The position numbers and the translations under genes are program-made. 64,000 nucleotides of DNA from Chiloscyllium plagiosum. Lineage: Eukaryota. Under the pieces are notes generated by a model that was given only the letters and a program-made list of their open reading frames with translations, was not told the origin of the DNA and did no database searches. Location: assembly GCF_004010195.1 (NCBI RefSeq), contig NW_025215371.1:1-64000 (forward strand), given 5' to 3'. Positions within the stretch are counted from its first letter, which is position 1. Each line of letters opens with the position of its first letter. Shown piece by piece: positions 14,341 to 27,219 of this stretch.

Positions 14341-14594
14341 TTCCCGCCTCAGGCGACTGACCTGTGTGGAGTTTGCACGTTCTCCCCGTGTCTGCGTGGG
14401 TTTCCTCCGGGTGCTCCGGTTTCCTCCCACAGTCCAAAGATGTGCAGGGTCAGGTGAATTGGCCATACTAAATTGCCCGTAGTGTTAGGTAAGGGGTGGG
14501 GTATGGGGTGGGTTTCGCTTCGGCGGGTCGGTGTGGACTTGTTGGGCCGAAGGGCCTGTTTCCACACTGTAATCTAATCTAATCTAATCTAATC
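14341..14594 (+). mobile_element. HE1 V-SINE, 5'-truncated, well preserved
   Basis: V-domain tgtgtggagtttgcacgttctccccgtgtctgcgtgggtttcctccggg, CR1-like tail ttgggccgaagggcctgtttccacactg and (taatc)5. Confidence 0.92.
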
Positions 14595-14610
14595 TTTTGG
14601 TAACCTCCTC

Positions 14611-14740
14611 ATTCCTGATGAAGGGCTCCGGCCAGAAATGTTGATTTTCCTGCTCCTCGAATGCTGCCTGGCCCCTTGTGCTTTTTCAGCAACACACTCT
14701 CAACTCTGATCTCCAGCATCTGCAGACCTCACTGTCTCCA
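14611..14740 (+). mobile_element. Penelope-derived short repeat with a minimal hammerhead-ribozyme-like core
   Basis: cCTGATGAagggctccggccaGAAAtgttgattttcctgctcctcgaatgctgcc...ctccagcatctgca. A related copy lies on the minus strand at 53815-53905. Confidence 0.7.
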
Positions 14741-15499
14741 CCTCCTTGAAGAGTCAATCCGCTTTGTAAAACACGATTTTCCATTCACAACACCAAGCTG
14801 GCTCTCTTTAATCAGCCCTTGCCTTTCCAAACATACGTCGCTCCTTTCTCTCAGAATCTCATCCAAAATCCTCCCTATCACTGGCCTCACTGGGCAGTAA
14901 TTTCCTGTTTTTTCCCTATAGCCCTGAAGTGATGGAACAGTATTAGCCACCCTCCTGTGTTCTGGCATATCACTGCGTCTGTTGATAAAGTAAATATCTC
15001 TGCTAGGGACACTGGCTTCCCAAAATGTTCTCGGACCGACCTAATGAGCTACTGAAGATTGATTAACTTTACTTGTTTTCAGATTCCAGCACTTTCTCGT
15101 CTCTGTTGAGGATTGTTTCCAAGACATCACTATTTATTTCTCCAAGTTCCCGAGCTTTCATGTCTTTCTCCACAGTAAACACAGACAAGACTATTTTGTC
15201 TAATATCTCACCCATCCCCCTTGGCTCCACATATACCTGATTTTTGCCAGGTTACTCTTTAGCCCTTATTGACCTTGTACAAAGGCTTCAGAAATTTCAA
15301 ATAATCCATATCCTTCGTACCACCGCACAATTCCTACACCCTTATGTGTTGTGCCATTTATATTCACACCAACAAATAAAATCCAACAGGCTCAAAAACA
15401 AATTCTCTTGTATAAAATGTGTTAATCTCGGTCCAGTTATGGTATATTGACATATACTTTTCAACAAATTTCAGCATGCTCCCGACTTACTGTCAGGCT

Positions 15500-18400
15500 A
15501 ACAGTAATTGGTTTCAGACTGTCAGCTGAAAGGGTTGTGGGAGTTCTTTCTTATCAACCTGAAAAAGGTAGCTTACAGAGTTAGCAGGTAATAGAGAAAG
15601 CAAATCAAATGCTGCCATTCATTACAAAGGGAACAAAGTCTAAAAATAGGGAGATGTTGCTAAAACGATGTAAGGTATATGTCAGACCACACCTAGAATA
15701 TTATGATCAGTCTGATTGCCCAAGGAAAACTATTGTCGCTTTGGAAGCAGGCCAGAGAAGGTTCACTCAGCTGATCCTGGGAATGGAGAGAATTTCCAAT
15801 GAGAAGATGTGGAGTAGATTGAGGTTGAACCCATTGACGTTCAGAAAAACATGAGAGAGAAATTGATTGAAACATTCAATATTCTGAGGGGCTTTGCCAG
15901 GTTAAATGCTGGGAAGTTAGAAAACAGAACAGTACAGCACAGCAATAGGACCTTCAGCCCACCATGTCTGTGCCGACAATGATGCTCTTCTCAAATCATA
16001 CCATCTGCATGCACATGGTCCATATCCCTCTATTCTCTACCTGTTCATGTGTCTGTCCAAATACAAAATCAAAGCTTTGCTCATATTTCTGCTTCTCCAG
16101 CCTCCCTCTGTATCTTCCACTGTCTACATTTAAAAGAAAAACCTGCCTCACACATCTCGTTTAAACTTCTTCTTTCTCACCTTAAACCTATGCGCTCCAG
16201 TATATGAAACTTGCACATTGGTAAAGAGATTCTGACTATCCACATGATCTATCCCTGTACCAATGTTATATCCCTGTACCTGGTCGCCTGTCAGCCTCTG
16301 ACATTCTCACAAAGCAATCCAACTTTGTTTAATCTTCTCTTACACCCAATACACACTTAAAAACCCTAACACAGGCATCGACGTAAGAAAACCTTTTTGC
16401 GCCCTCTCCAAAGCCTCCACATCCCTCCTATTGTGTGGAGATGAGAACTGCACACAATACTCCAAATGCTGCCAAACAAACATTTTATACAATTACAACA
16501 TCAGATACAAACCACTATACCAAACGTTGTGACTGATGATGGCCAGTGTTCCATTTGCTTTCTTTCCCATCTGAAACACTTCTGTTGCCATTTTCATGGA
16601 GTTACTGACTTGCACTAAGATCCTTCTATATATCCATGTCCCTCAGCATGATAACTTTCTTCTTGCATTTACGATGACCTCACAATTGTCCAGATTAAAC
16701 TCAATTTGCCATTTCCCTGCTCGCCTTTCCAACTGATCAGTAACCTCCTGCAACCTTGGATATGCTTGGTCATTAACCCCAACTCCACTAATTTTCATGT
16801 CATCTGCAATAATTATCTTTGTCACTCCTTTTCATTTCAATTCTATGAGAATTTACAACCAGAGGGCATAAAGTCCCAGCAAGGGCTCACTCATTCAAAA
16901 CGGAGATGAGGAAGAATATCTTAGGATCGTGACTGTGTGGGAATTTCTGACTGTAGAGGGCTGTCGAGGCTGGATCATTAAGAATATTTATAGCAGAGAT
17001 GGTCAGGTTTTAATTAATCAGTGAAACAAGAGTTTTGTGGGAAAGGCAGGAGAGTAGAGTTGAAGATCTCAGATCAGACATGGTCTCAAGGAAGGACAGA
17101 ATATACTCAATGGGCCAAATAGCCTAATTCCGCTCCTCCATCCCATGGTCTGAACTTAAACTCAGTTTCTACGTTATAACGTTATGGGTCTCAAAACTCC
17201 TTTATAATGAGATAAACTATACCGCTGGTCACATGCCGCCAGTCAGAAAAACAACAGGTCTCCCATCATCTTCTGTCTCCTACCATCAAGCCTATTTTGT
17301 ATCCAATTGAGTAGCTCCTCCTGAATGCCATATCCTTTTACACTGATCTGAACTCCTTACCAAGTTTACCATATGGAACGTAGAACATAGAACAATACAG
17401 CACAATACCCTTCGGCCCTTGATGTCATGCCAACCATTTATCCTACTGTAACATCAAACTAACCTACATGCCCTTCAGTTTACTATCATCGATGTGCCTA
17501 TCCAAGAGTCTATTAAATGTCCATAACGTATCTAAATTTACTACCACCGCTAGCAGTGCATTACACCCACACACAACTCTCTTTGCAAAGAACCTATCTC
17601 TGAAATCTCCCCTTAACCATCCTCAAATCACCTTAAAATTATACCCCGCTCATAATAGCCATTTCTGCCAGAGGAAAACAAAATCTCACTATTCATACTA
17701 TCTGTGCCTCTCATCATCTTATTCATCCGCACCAAGTCGCCCCTCACCCTTCTTCACTCAATTCCCCCAGGTAAGGAAAGCCAACACAACGTATTCCTTC
17801 TTAACAATCCTGTCATCTTGCATGGTAACTTTATGGGATATATGGACTTGGAATTCAAGATCCCTCTGTTGCTCCACACTGTCACGAATCCTGTCTTTCA
17901 CTCTATAATCTGCATTCAAGTTCGAAATTCCAAAATGAATCACTTCTCATTTTTCCAGATTGAACTCCATCTGCCACTTCTCAGACAAGTTCTGAATCCT
18001 AGCATTGTCCCGTTGCAACCTACAGCAGTAGAATTCATTAAGGACCTCCAAAACCTCGTCACCCAACAAACAAAATCCAACAAAAACAAATTGTATTTTA
18101 TAAAATGTGTTTCGAAGGGTGCAGTTATTGTATATTTACATATCCTTTCTAACACATTTCAGCATGTTCCTGACTTACTATCAGGCTAACAGTAATTGGT
18201 TTCAAACTGTCAACTGAAAGGGATGTGGGAGTTCTTACTTTTCAACCTGAAAAAGATAGCTTACAGTGTTAGCAGATAATAGAGAAGGCAAATTAAATGC
18301 TGCCATTGTTAAAAAGGAAATGGAGTCTAAAATCAGGGAGATCTTACTCAAATCTTGCTGACATTATACAAGATACGAGAGAGACCACACCTAGAATATT

Positions 18401-19700
18401 ATGAACAGTGTGAGTGCCCGAAGGAAATATATTCTTGCATTGGAGGCAGGCCAGAGAAGGTTCACTATGCTAGTTCTGGGAATGGATGGATTTTCTACTG
18501 AGAAGAAGAGGAGTAGATTGAGTTTGAACCCATTGAAGCTTGGAAAACTTGGTGAGAAATGGAAAGAAATATCCAAGATTTTCAATGCTTTGATCGGGTA
18601 GATGCTCGAAAGTAAAATAATAGAAGAGTACAGCACAGATATAGGCCCTTCGACCCACCATGGCTGTGCTGCCCATAATGCTATTCTCTACTCATAACAT
18701 CTGCCTACACCTGTTCCATATCCCTCCATTCTCTACCTGTTCACACGTCTGTCTAAATGTCACTTCAAAACTTTACACCAGAATTTGAAATTTACACATT
18801 GGACAAGACATTCTGACTATCCACATTATCTGTCTCTGTCCTAATGTTATATTCCTGTACCCAGCCTCTGACACTGTCACAAATCCAACTTTGTTTAATT
18901 TCCTCTTCCACCTAACACACCCTTAAAAACCCAAACACAGGCAATGAGCTGATGAGCCCCGTTTTTTTCCTTCTCCAAAGCCTCCACATCCTTGCTATTG
19001 TGAGGAGATGAGAACTGCACACAGTATCCAAATGTGGCCAAAGAAAAGCTTTATACAATCACAACATCAGATGCAAACCACTGTACCCAACATTGTGACC
19101 GATGAAGGACAGTGTTCCATTTGCTTTCTTTCCCATCTGAAACACTTCTATTGCCATTTTCAGGGAGTTACTGGCTTGCACCAAGACCCTTCTGAATATT
19201 CATGTCCAACAGTATCCTAATTTTCTTCTTGAATCCGACATCACCTCACACTAGTCAATGTTAAACACCAGTTGCCATTCTCTGCACAACTTTCCAATTG
19301 ATCTGTAAAGTCCTGTAACCTTGGATATCCTTGCTTTTAATGTCATCTGCAATAATTATACTTGTCATTTTCTTTTGTTTCAGTTGTGTGCGAATCTGTA
19401 AACAGAGTCCATAAAATCCCAGCAAGGGCACACACATTTAAGATGGAGATCAGAAGGAACGTCTTCAATTAGATGGGAGCGACTCTGTGGGAATTCCTGA
19501 CTGCAGGTGCTGTCGAGGCAGCGTCATTAAGAATAGTTACAGCAGAGATGGTCAGATTAAATTTAATCAGGGCAACAAGGTTTTGTGGAAAAGGCACGAA
19601 AGTAGAGGTGAAGAAGATCAGATCAGTCATTATCTGATTGAAGGGCAGAGGACACACAACGCGCCAAATGGCCTAATTCCGCTCTACATCTCATGGTCTG
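15500..19700. mobile_element. Nested decayed CR1 fragments on both strands, internally duplicated
   Basis: Plus-strand CR1 C-terminal ORFs 15609-15854 and 18401-18601, each interrupted by a minus-strand CR1 3' end (about 15920-16850 and 18620-19390). Another minus-strand CR1 lies at about 17375-18030. Confidence 0.8.
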
Positions 19701-20329
19701 AACTCAAACGCAATATATCCTGTTTAACATTATGGGTCTCGGCTCACAAAACTCCTTTATAATCAGATTATTAGATATTTGTTATTGCACAACATTTGAT
19801 CTGCAACAGACTATTTTGTTGATGGATCCTTGATGTGGTGTTATACAAAAACCATCTCGTACTCAATCCAGGATTCCATCCATTACAGCACTGATACTCA
19901 TTAGTTATCCAGTCAGAATGGAAACTACTGTCACACACAGTTACTGTATTGCCCCTGCTGCAAGTACATTCAGTGTCCTGATTTAACCATTTGACATTAC
20001 CATCACTGCTTGGTCCCTATAAAAGAATTCCTGAGAACGGTTTCTTCTGCTTACTTATTCTCAGCTCCACCCAAATAATACTCCAAATTTTGATCTTCAG
20101 TTCCACATGACCATCTCATTAACGCATTTACTCATGCCTTCTTCACAACGTGTTGGCTTTTGACTAGCCTGTCTCAATCCCAACAATCCCTCAACATTCC
20201 CTTCCCAGCGATGGTCATTCTGCCGCTACATCTCCGAAATGACAGTTCGATCATATCTGTTCACTGTCATTCCATCTCCCTTATGGCAAATGCAGGGTGT
20301 CATTCCTCAGTAGCGGTGGGTTGAACAGA

Positions 20330-21130
20330 TGGATAGAGGTTATAGAGATAGAGAAGCTTAAGGGGTTCGAGGGTGTTGTGTTAAACAGAGTTACATCTGG
20401 GCAAGAATGTCATTGGAACAAAGGGGCTTGCGGACTGGAGGAATTGACAGACAGAGAGAGCTGGAATAGATTCTGGAGATAGGGATAGGGATTGGGATGG
20501 ATATAGGGAGAGGCAGGCAGACTGAGAGGCACAGATAGAGGGTGTTTCAGGAAGAAGAGTATTGTGTATACAAACAGAGATAAGGAAAGTTGTAGTGAGT
20601 GAAGACGTTTACATATATAAGAGGTCTTTTAGGTTCTGGAGGTTACATAGTTAGGAAAGCAATGGAGAATGCCAGGTTGCTGGACTGGAGACAGTTACAC
20701 AGGTGGGGAGCGTTGCACAAACTGGAAGAGGTTCCTGTGGTCCGGGGGGTTGTGTCCGTGGAGGGGGTATGGTTTGACGGTGAAGATTAAATAGATTAAG
20801 ATCGAAGAATTGGAAAAGAATAAGGAGATTACGATTTTTTCACAGCTAAGGAAGGGTTGTAGGTACTGGAGAAGTTTACACAGATGGAGATGGATGGAGA
20901 GGTTAAAGGCAAATATGTTGACATGGAGGGTTAGTAGGTGGAGATAAGAGGGATAGACAGGATTGCCGGGGTTCACAGAAATGAAGGAAATCAGTATCTA
21001 CTGGAAAGGTCTTGGGATTAGGGTGTTTGGGATTGGAGAACCTGACAGAGACATAGAGCATTGTGTGGACAGGAGGATATTCCATACAGAGGAAGGATTA
21101 GTGGGACCGGAGGATATTACAGAGATCAGT
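20330..21130 (+). repeat. Highly degenerate purine-rich tandem repeat (ggttacagagatagggag-like)
   Basis: Recurrent ttacagag/gatag/ctggag motifs with strong G/A strand bias. Confidence 0.6.
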
Positions 21131-21347
21131 AATATCACATGGCCCAGAATTGATGTCTGTGATCTCCTGTGCTCTTTCAGTGAGTACCAGTACAGCAGTG
21201 GTGACAGAAGGACCCTCACAGGATGGTGGGAATGAAGCTTCGAATGTTGATGTTCCTTGCACAGCACTGTGTCTGTGTCCTGTCTTCCGGGTCTGACGAT
21301 AGTGGCTCCTAACCCCTCCCTGTGCTGTTTACTGGAAATGATCTTAC

Positions 21348-21470
21348 CGGCTGCAGATGTACTGAAGGCTCCAGATCTCAGTCTCCATCTCTCTCTGGCT
21401 GACCAATTGTCTTCAATGTGGTAATGGATGAGAATTAGGAATTCGGCTAAGTCAGGAACATCCTGAATAC
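21348..21470 (-). pseudogene. Unidentified exon-like segment, copy 2 (123 bp)
   Basis: Donor GTAAG intact. Acceptor tatttctctgtctcctgcAT (AG mutated to AT). Reads IQDVPDLAEFLILIHYHIEDNWSARERWR. Aligns with 8236-8370. Confidence 0.5.
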
Positions 21471-23289
21471 ATGCAGGAGACAGAGAAATAGACAAAATGG
21501 GAAATGAGACTGGTGCAGTGGAGATGACTCATGTACAGTAGCAATGAGTCCCACAGAGACCTGGAAAATCCCAGTTTCCATCCATGGCCTGTGCTGCTGC
21601 GTCTCTTTGAAGTGGAGAATTATGTTGGCTCAGGATCTCAGACAAGCTGCAAGAGTGAGTGGCGCTAACAGAGGCAGCAATTCGACCCACACAGTGAGAG
21701 ATGCCACTTGTAGAAATACTGAGTGACACCACCAGAGTGCAGCAGGTCTTCAGACTCAAACAATTGTGTCAGAAGAAGTGGGTCTGATGCAGTGAGCACT
21801 GCTACCAGTACTCAGCGAAGAATGAGCTATTTCATTGGGATGGTACAGTGCTGGGACCAATTCCCTCGTCAATCATATTACCCGGATTATGCAGAGTGCT
21901 TTAAACTGACACAGATGAGGAGGGACACGGCTCAGCTGAAAGGACATTCCCAATTCCATGTGGAAAGGTTGAAATATTGAAACATGGGGTCGTAGCTGGA
22001 GATAAACAGAAAAAATAGGAAGGAAGTTAGTTTAACTAAAGTTGCACATCAGCAAATAGGTTTGTGACAGGAAATTGTGATAAAAGGTAAATCACTGTTT
22101 GTAAATTTGGATGCACGAATTATTTGCAATAAAGGAAATGCACTTGTGACTTGTGATTCCTATCTAATCACCATCAGGGAGACGTGGTCACAGGGTGAAC
22201 AAGATGGTGGCGCATCAGTATCCACGGCTACACAACATTGTGGAAAGCCAGTCAGAAAGGGAAGTAGGATGGGGAACTCTCATAGTTACGGATAACATTG
22301 GGATGATTAAGAAAATGTGTGGCCTTCGATTATCAATCAGTCATGGACAAAATTCTGGGTAATAAGGGTCAGAACAGAGAAGTGGAAGGGCAGTGTTAAG
22401 GCTCCTTTACAGCATTACATTGTTAGACACTGCACTAACAGGGAATTACTGGAAGTTGTAACAACAGCACTGAGATAATTGAGAGGGTATTCGATCTTCG
22501 ATCTGATTATTTCATTGGTGAGGGTCACAGACGAGGCTAACTCTCTCCCGCTCTCAGTGGGAGTCTGTAGGTGGCTGTACAGACCGATGTGGTCTTCCAC
22601 AGACTCTGTTACATCTAGGGCAGAAAGTGGCCGTGGGAAGGGGGTAGATGGGACGTTGTGGTGACAGCACGTTCCTTGTGCTGTTTTCTCCTGGTTTTCC
22701 CTTTGTTTTCAACAGTAGGTCTCGAGATGCTCGACAACTTCCCAATGCTCCTCCACGCTTTGGACTGTCTTGGCCCTGTGATTCTCAGGAGTTTCAAGAT
22801 TTGATTAAGAGATGCTTAGAAGACAAAAGAAACTAACAATTTTGAAGGAGTCAATGCTTTGGAAATATGGAAGCATTGGTTACAGTTATCGCCATGAGTC
22901 TACTAGCAGGAGGAGTGCACTAAGAGGAGGGAACATTGTCAGGATTTAATCAGGTGATCGGAACTGGGAGAGTTGAAGGTGCTGCAGGTGGTGAGAGTGT
23001 TACAGAGACTGGCAAGGGCCTGAACAATGTTACAAAGCCAGTACGAATTGCTGCAGGTGGAGGGATTTGCAGAAGTAGGGAGGGACATATATGCATTTTT
23101 AATCATTCATTCATGGGCTGAGGATGTCAGCGGTTGGATCAGAGTACACTGCACCACTACTAATTGCTCAGAGTCAGCCTTATTGCTGTGGGTCTGGCGT
23201 CACATGTGAGCCAAACCAGGCAACAATAGTAGATATCCTTCCCGAAAGGATATACGTGAACCAGTTGAGCTTTTCCACAGAATCAATAA

Positions 23290-25130
23290 TGCTTTTATGG
23301 TGGCCTCGCTGATGCCCTGCACAGACACAACATGACGTCCCAACTCCTACTCTCGATGTTCTCACCAATGAAGGTAACTATCTCAAACACCTGCTTCACC
23401 AGCCTGTCTATATATGACGCTATTTTCAAATAGCTGTGTACCTGCATCCCTGGATCTCTGATTCATAACACTACCCAGGGTCCCAAATTTCCTGAATAAT
23501 TCCAGTCTGGTCTGCTTTACCAGAATGGAACATCATGCATTTCTCGACCTGCTATTGCTAACCTCACTGGCCCAGCAGTGCTGTTGATCCCGTTGTTCTC
23601 TTAGATAACCCTCTTCATTGTCCACTGTACCACCAATTTCAGTCTCACTCACAAACTTGCTAACCGTGACTCCTCTATTATCATCCAAACCGTCGATATA
23701 AATAATGCACAACAGTGGCTCAGCACCGAAACCCATGGCACACCATTGGTCACGGGCCTGCAGTTTGAGCAGCAACCCTCAATGAATACGCTCTGTCTCC
23801 TACCGTCAATCCAATTTTGTATCCAGTTGGTGAGCGCTCCCTGGTTATGTGTGACCTAGACTTGTTAACAAGTCTGCTATGCATACCCTTGACAAAGACC
23901 TTGCTAAAGTGCATCAACTACTCTGCTTTGTCCATCATTTATCTACCTCCACAAACACTCAGTCATCATTTTCCACTCACAAAGCCATGCTGACTATCAT
24001 TAATCATTCCTTGCCTTTCCAAATGCATGATGATCCTTTCTCTCAGAATCTCCTCCAACAACATACTCACCCCTACCATCAGTCTCACAGGTCTGTTGTG
24101 GCTGTCGATGATCCACACATCTCTGTGAGTGGTCCTCTAATTTCCTCCCTAGGTTCTCACAAGGCGCCGGGATAGATCTGATTATGTCTCAAGGTTTTAT
24201 CATACTTTTTTCATTTTAACACATCCAGCACCTCCTGTACTCCAACGTGAACTCTATTCAAAACATCACTATGTATTTTCCCAAGTTCCCGAGCTTACAA
24301 GTCTTTCCACAGTAAATCGTAACGCAATTTCCTTTTTTTTGGGATCTCCCCCACCCACAGTGATTCCACATAGCCAGTCTCATTGACCATTCAAGGGCCC
24401 TATTCTCTCCCTCGTTATACTTTAGCCCCTGTTGAAACTTGTTAAAATGCCTCTGAAATTTCAAATATCCCCCTACTACGACTATCCTCACCCACTCTTA
24501 TCTATTCTGTCATTTATGGTCACACGAAAATATAGAATCCAACAAATTTAAAAATATTCCCCTTTTATAATGTCATGCGTCTCCAACTGTTTCTAAGCAT
24601 CCAGTTATCATTTATTGTCGTATCCTTTAGAATACAGTCCAGCACGTTCCCGACGTACTGTCAGGCTACTATTTGGTTTCAGACTGACTGCACAAAGGGT
24701 TTTGGGAATCCTTATGAAACAACCTGAAAATGTTAGTTTACAGGGTCAGTAGCTAACAGAGAAGGCAAATCAAATGCGGGCATTTATTGCAAATAGAATG
24801 GAGTCTAAATATAAGGAGGTCTTGCAAAAGCTAAACAAGGTACCAGCCAGACCACACCTAGGATATTATGAACAGTATGAGTGCACGAAGGAAAGATATT
24901 CTTGTATTGGAGGCAGGCTAGAGAAGGTTCCCTCAGCTGATCCTGGAAATGGTGGGATTTTCTAATGGGAAGAGGTGGAGTAGATTGTAGTTGAACCATT
25001 GGCATTTAATAAAAATGGGAGAGAAATGGAACAAATTATCGAGAATTCAGGGAGGCTCTGTCAGGGTAGGTACTGGAAGGTTATAAAAGCGAACAGTGCA
25101 GCACAGCAATAGACCCTTCGGCATACCATG
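23290..25130. mobile_element. Decayed CR1 fragments (minus strand 23290-24460, plus strand 24690-25080)
   Basis: ORF 23533-23775 (VSKFVSETEIGG) and ORF 24774-24965 (RPHLGYYEQ). Confidence 0.75.
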
Positions 25131-25134
25131 GTTG

Positions 25135-25830
25135 GAGGTTTTGGATGGAGAGATTTGGCGAGCTTACAGAGATAGGGAGGGATGACGTTACTGGGGAAGG
25201 TTACAGAGATAGGGAGGGATGGAGGGACTGAGGTAGGTGACAGAGATAGGGAGGGCAGGAGTGACTGGGGAGGTCACAGAGATAGGGAGCGACGGAGTGC
25301 ACGGAGTGGTTAAGGACACAGGGAGGGATGGAGTGACTGGAGAAGGTCACAGAGATAGGGTCGGAGGGAGTGACTGGGTAGTTACAGTGATCGGGAGATC
25401 TGGAGTTTCTGGTAGATGTGACAGGGAGAGGGATGGTTGCAGGGTCTGGGGAGGGTGCAGAGATAGGGAGGGCTGGATTGACTGGGAGAGCTTATAGGTA
25501 TACTGAGATTTAGAGTGACTCTGTGAGGNNNNNNNNNNNNNNNNNNNNNNNNNNNGGGGGGGTTACAGAGATAGGGAGGGATGAAGTGACTGGAAGAGTT
25601 GACAGTGATAGCGAGGGATGGAGTGTGTGGGGGAGGTGACAGCAATTTGGTGTGTTGCAGTGACTGAAAGGAGATGACAGTGATAGGACGTTTTGGAGTG
25701 ATTGGAAGAGGGTACAATGATAGGGGATGTTGGATTGAGTTGAGGAAGTGACAGCGATAGAGATGGTTGGAGTGACTGGAGAATGTTACACAGATCAAGA
25801 GGGTTGTGAAATTTCCTCAAGGTAAAATAC
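25135..25830 (+). repeat. 36-37 bp purine-rich minisatellite (ggttacagagatagggagggatggagtgactggggag)
   Basis: acagagatag recurs at 25166, 25203, 25240 and 25276. The array contains a short N gap. Confidence 0.85.
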
Positions 25831-26826
25831 ATTGGGAGGGTTGTTCAGGCGGAACAATATGAAGATGTGAGGGGCACTTTTTTTACAGAGAGTAGTAGGA
25901 GTCTGAAGCATGCTATCAGAGGTGGTTGTTTAGGCAGACACGATCGGGGCAAAGTGGCTTTCAGATAAGCACATGACTATACAAGGAATGGAGGGAAATA
26001 GAGCAAGCACACGCAGAAGGGATCAGTTAAGTTTGGCGGCATGTTCAACACAACATCCTGAGCCCATTCCTGTACTGTATTGTTGCATGTTCTATGTAGC
26101 CCTTTAGAAATTATGCATCAAGGAAGAATCTGGACCAAAAAAAAGACTCAGGCCTTTCAGGGACGAAAGTGAGAGAAATGGGTTGTGGGGGAGGTGGGGT
26201 GGTAAGAACAGGGAAGGGAGCATGAAGAATAAGAGCAAGCAGGAGCATAGGAGAGGCCTAATGATGTTTGTGACGTAGGACACATATACGAGTGGAATCA
26301 ATTAAGAGCACATAGCTTAGAGACCTGCAGTCATGAAACCCTCATTTGAAAATGTCTGGAAGGAATAACAGTAAATTATCACATCGGGTTAAAATATTTA
26401 TTATTAAAAGTAGCGCAGGTTGGACAATGGTGAGGATGTTCTCATGGATGATAGAGATGAAACAGCAATGGATGGACATGGATTCCGATCCACAGTAAAG
26501 TGATCACACCAGGGGCTGACCAATGAACCACTGCAAAGCAAGTTAAGTATTGAATGATAGATGAATGCTCAACAATATTCACCCCTGAACTAATTTCATC
26601 GTCGTGCAATGTAAATCCTCCGGCTAGACCTTGTAGCTGAGAAGATAGCACAAAATTGGGATCACAGAAAGACTTAAGTTTTTATTTCTTCCACACAAGA
26701 ACGCTGCAAGAGCTGGAGAGCGTTTATAGATCTCTCCAGCGAGAAGCCAGCACCTTGACAAATAACTTGCGGGAAAATGTTTTGCAGTTCCGGGGTGAAC
26801 AGTCACCATCTGGCCAGGGATCTGGA

Positions 26827-26868
26827 CGCATGCGCAGACGGTCAGTGACGTCACAGTACGGGGCGGGC
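26827..26868. promoter_or_regulatory. Compact promoter module: NRF1 site, CRE palindrome and GC box
   Basis: cgcatgcgca (26827-26836), gtgacgtcac (26845-26854) and ggggcgggc (26860-26868) are clustered, CpG-containing motifs in an otherwise CpG-poor window. Confidence 0.65.
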
Positions 26869-27219
26869 ATGAGGGTGTTTCATGCAGATGCTGAAAATCT
26901 GAGAGTAAATCAGAAAATGATTGACGAGGTCAGCAGGTCTGGCAGGAGATGTGGACAGAGAAACAGAGTGAACCATTCCAGTCCTGTATGAACTTTCTTC
27001 ATAACCCATTGCACGCGTGCTGCAGTGTCCTGGGCGATAGATTTGTAACAGCTTCACCCTCAGGTGATCTTTGGAAAAAAATAGCAGTCGACCTGAATCT
27101 TTGGACTTTTCGGCAGGTGACATTTTTAATCAACCTATTCAGACGTGTCATGTCCCAGTTGTGAAGCAGGTGGGGCTTGAGAATCCAGGCCTTCTTCGGA
27201 GAGGGGAGTTCCTCCGAGT

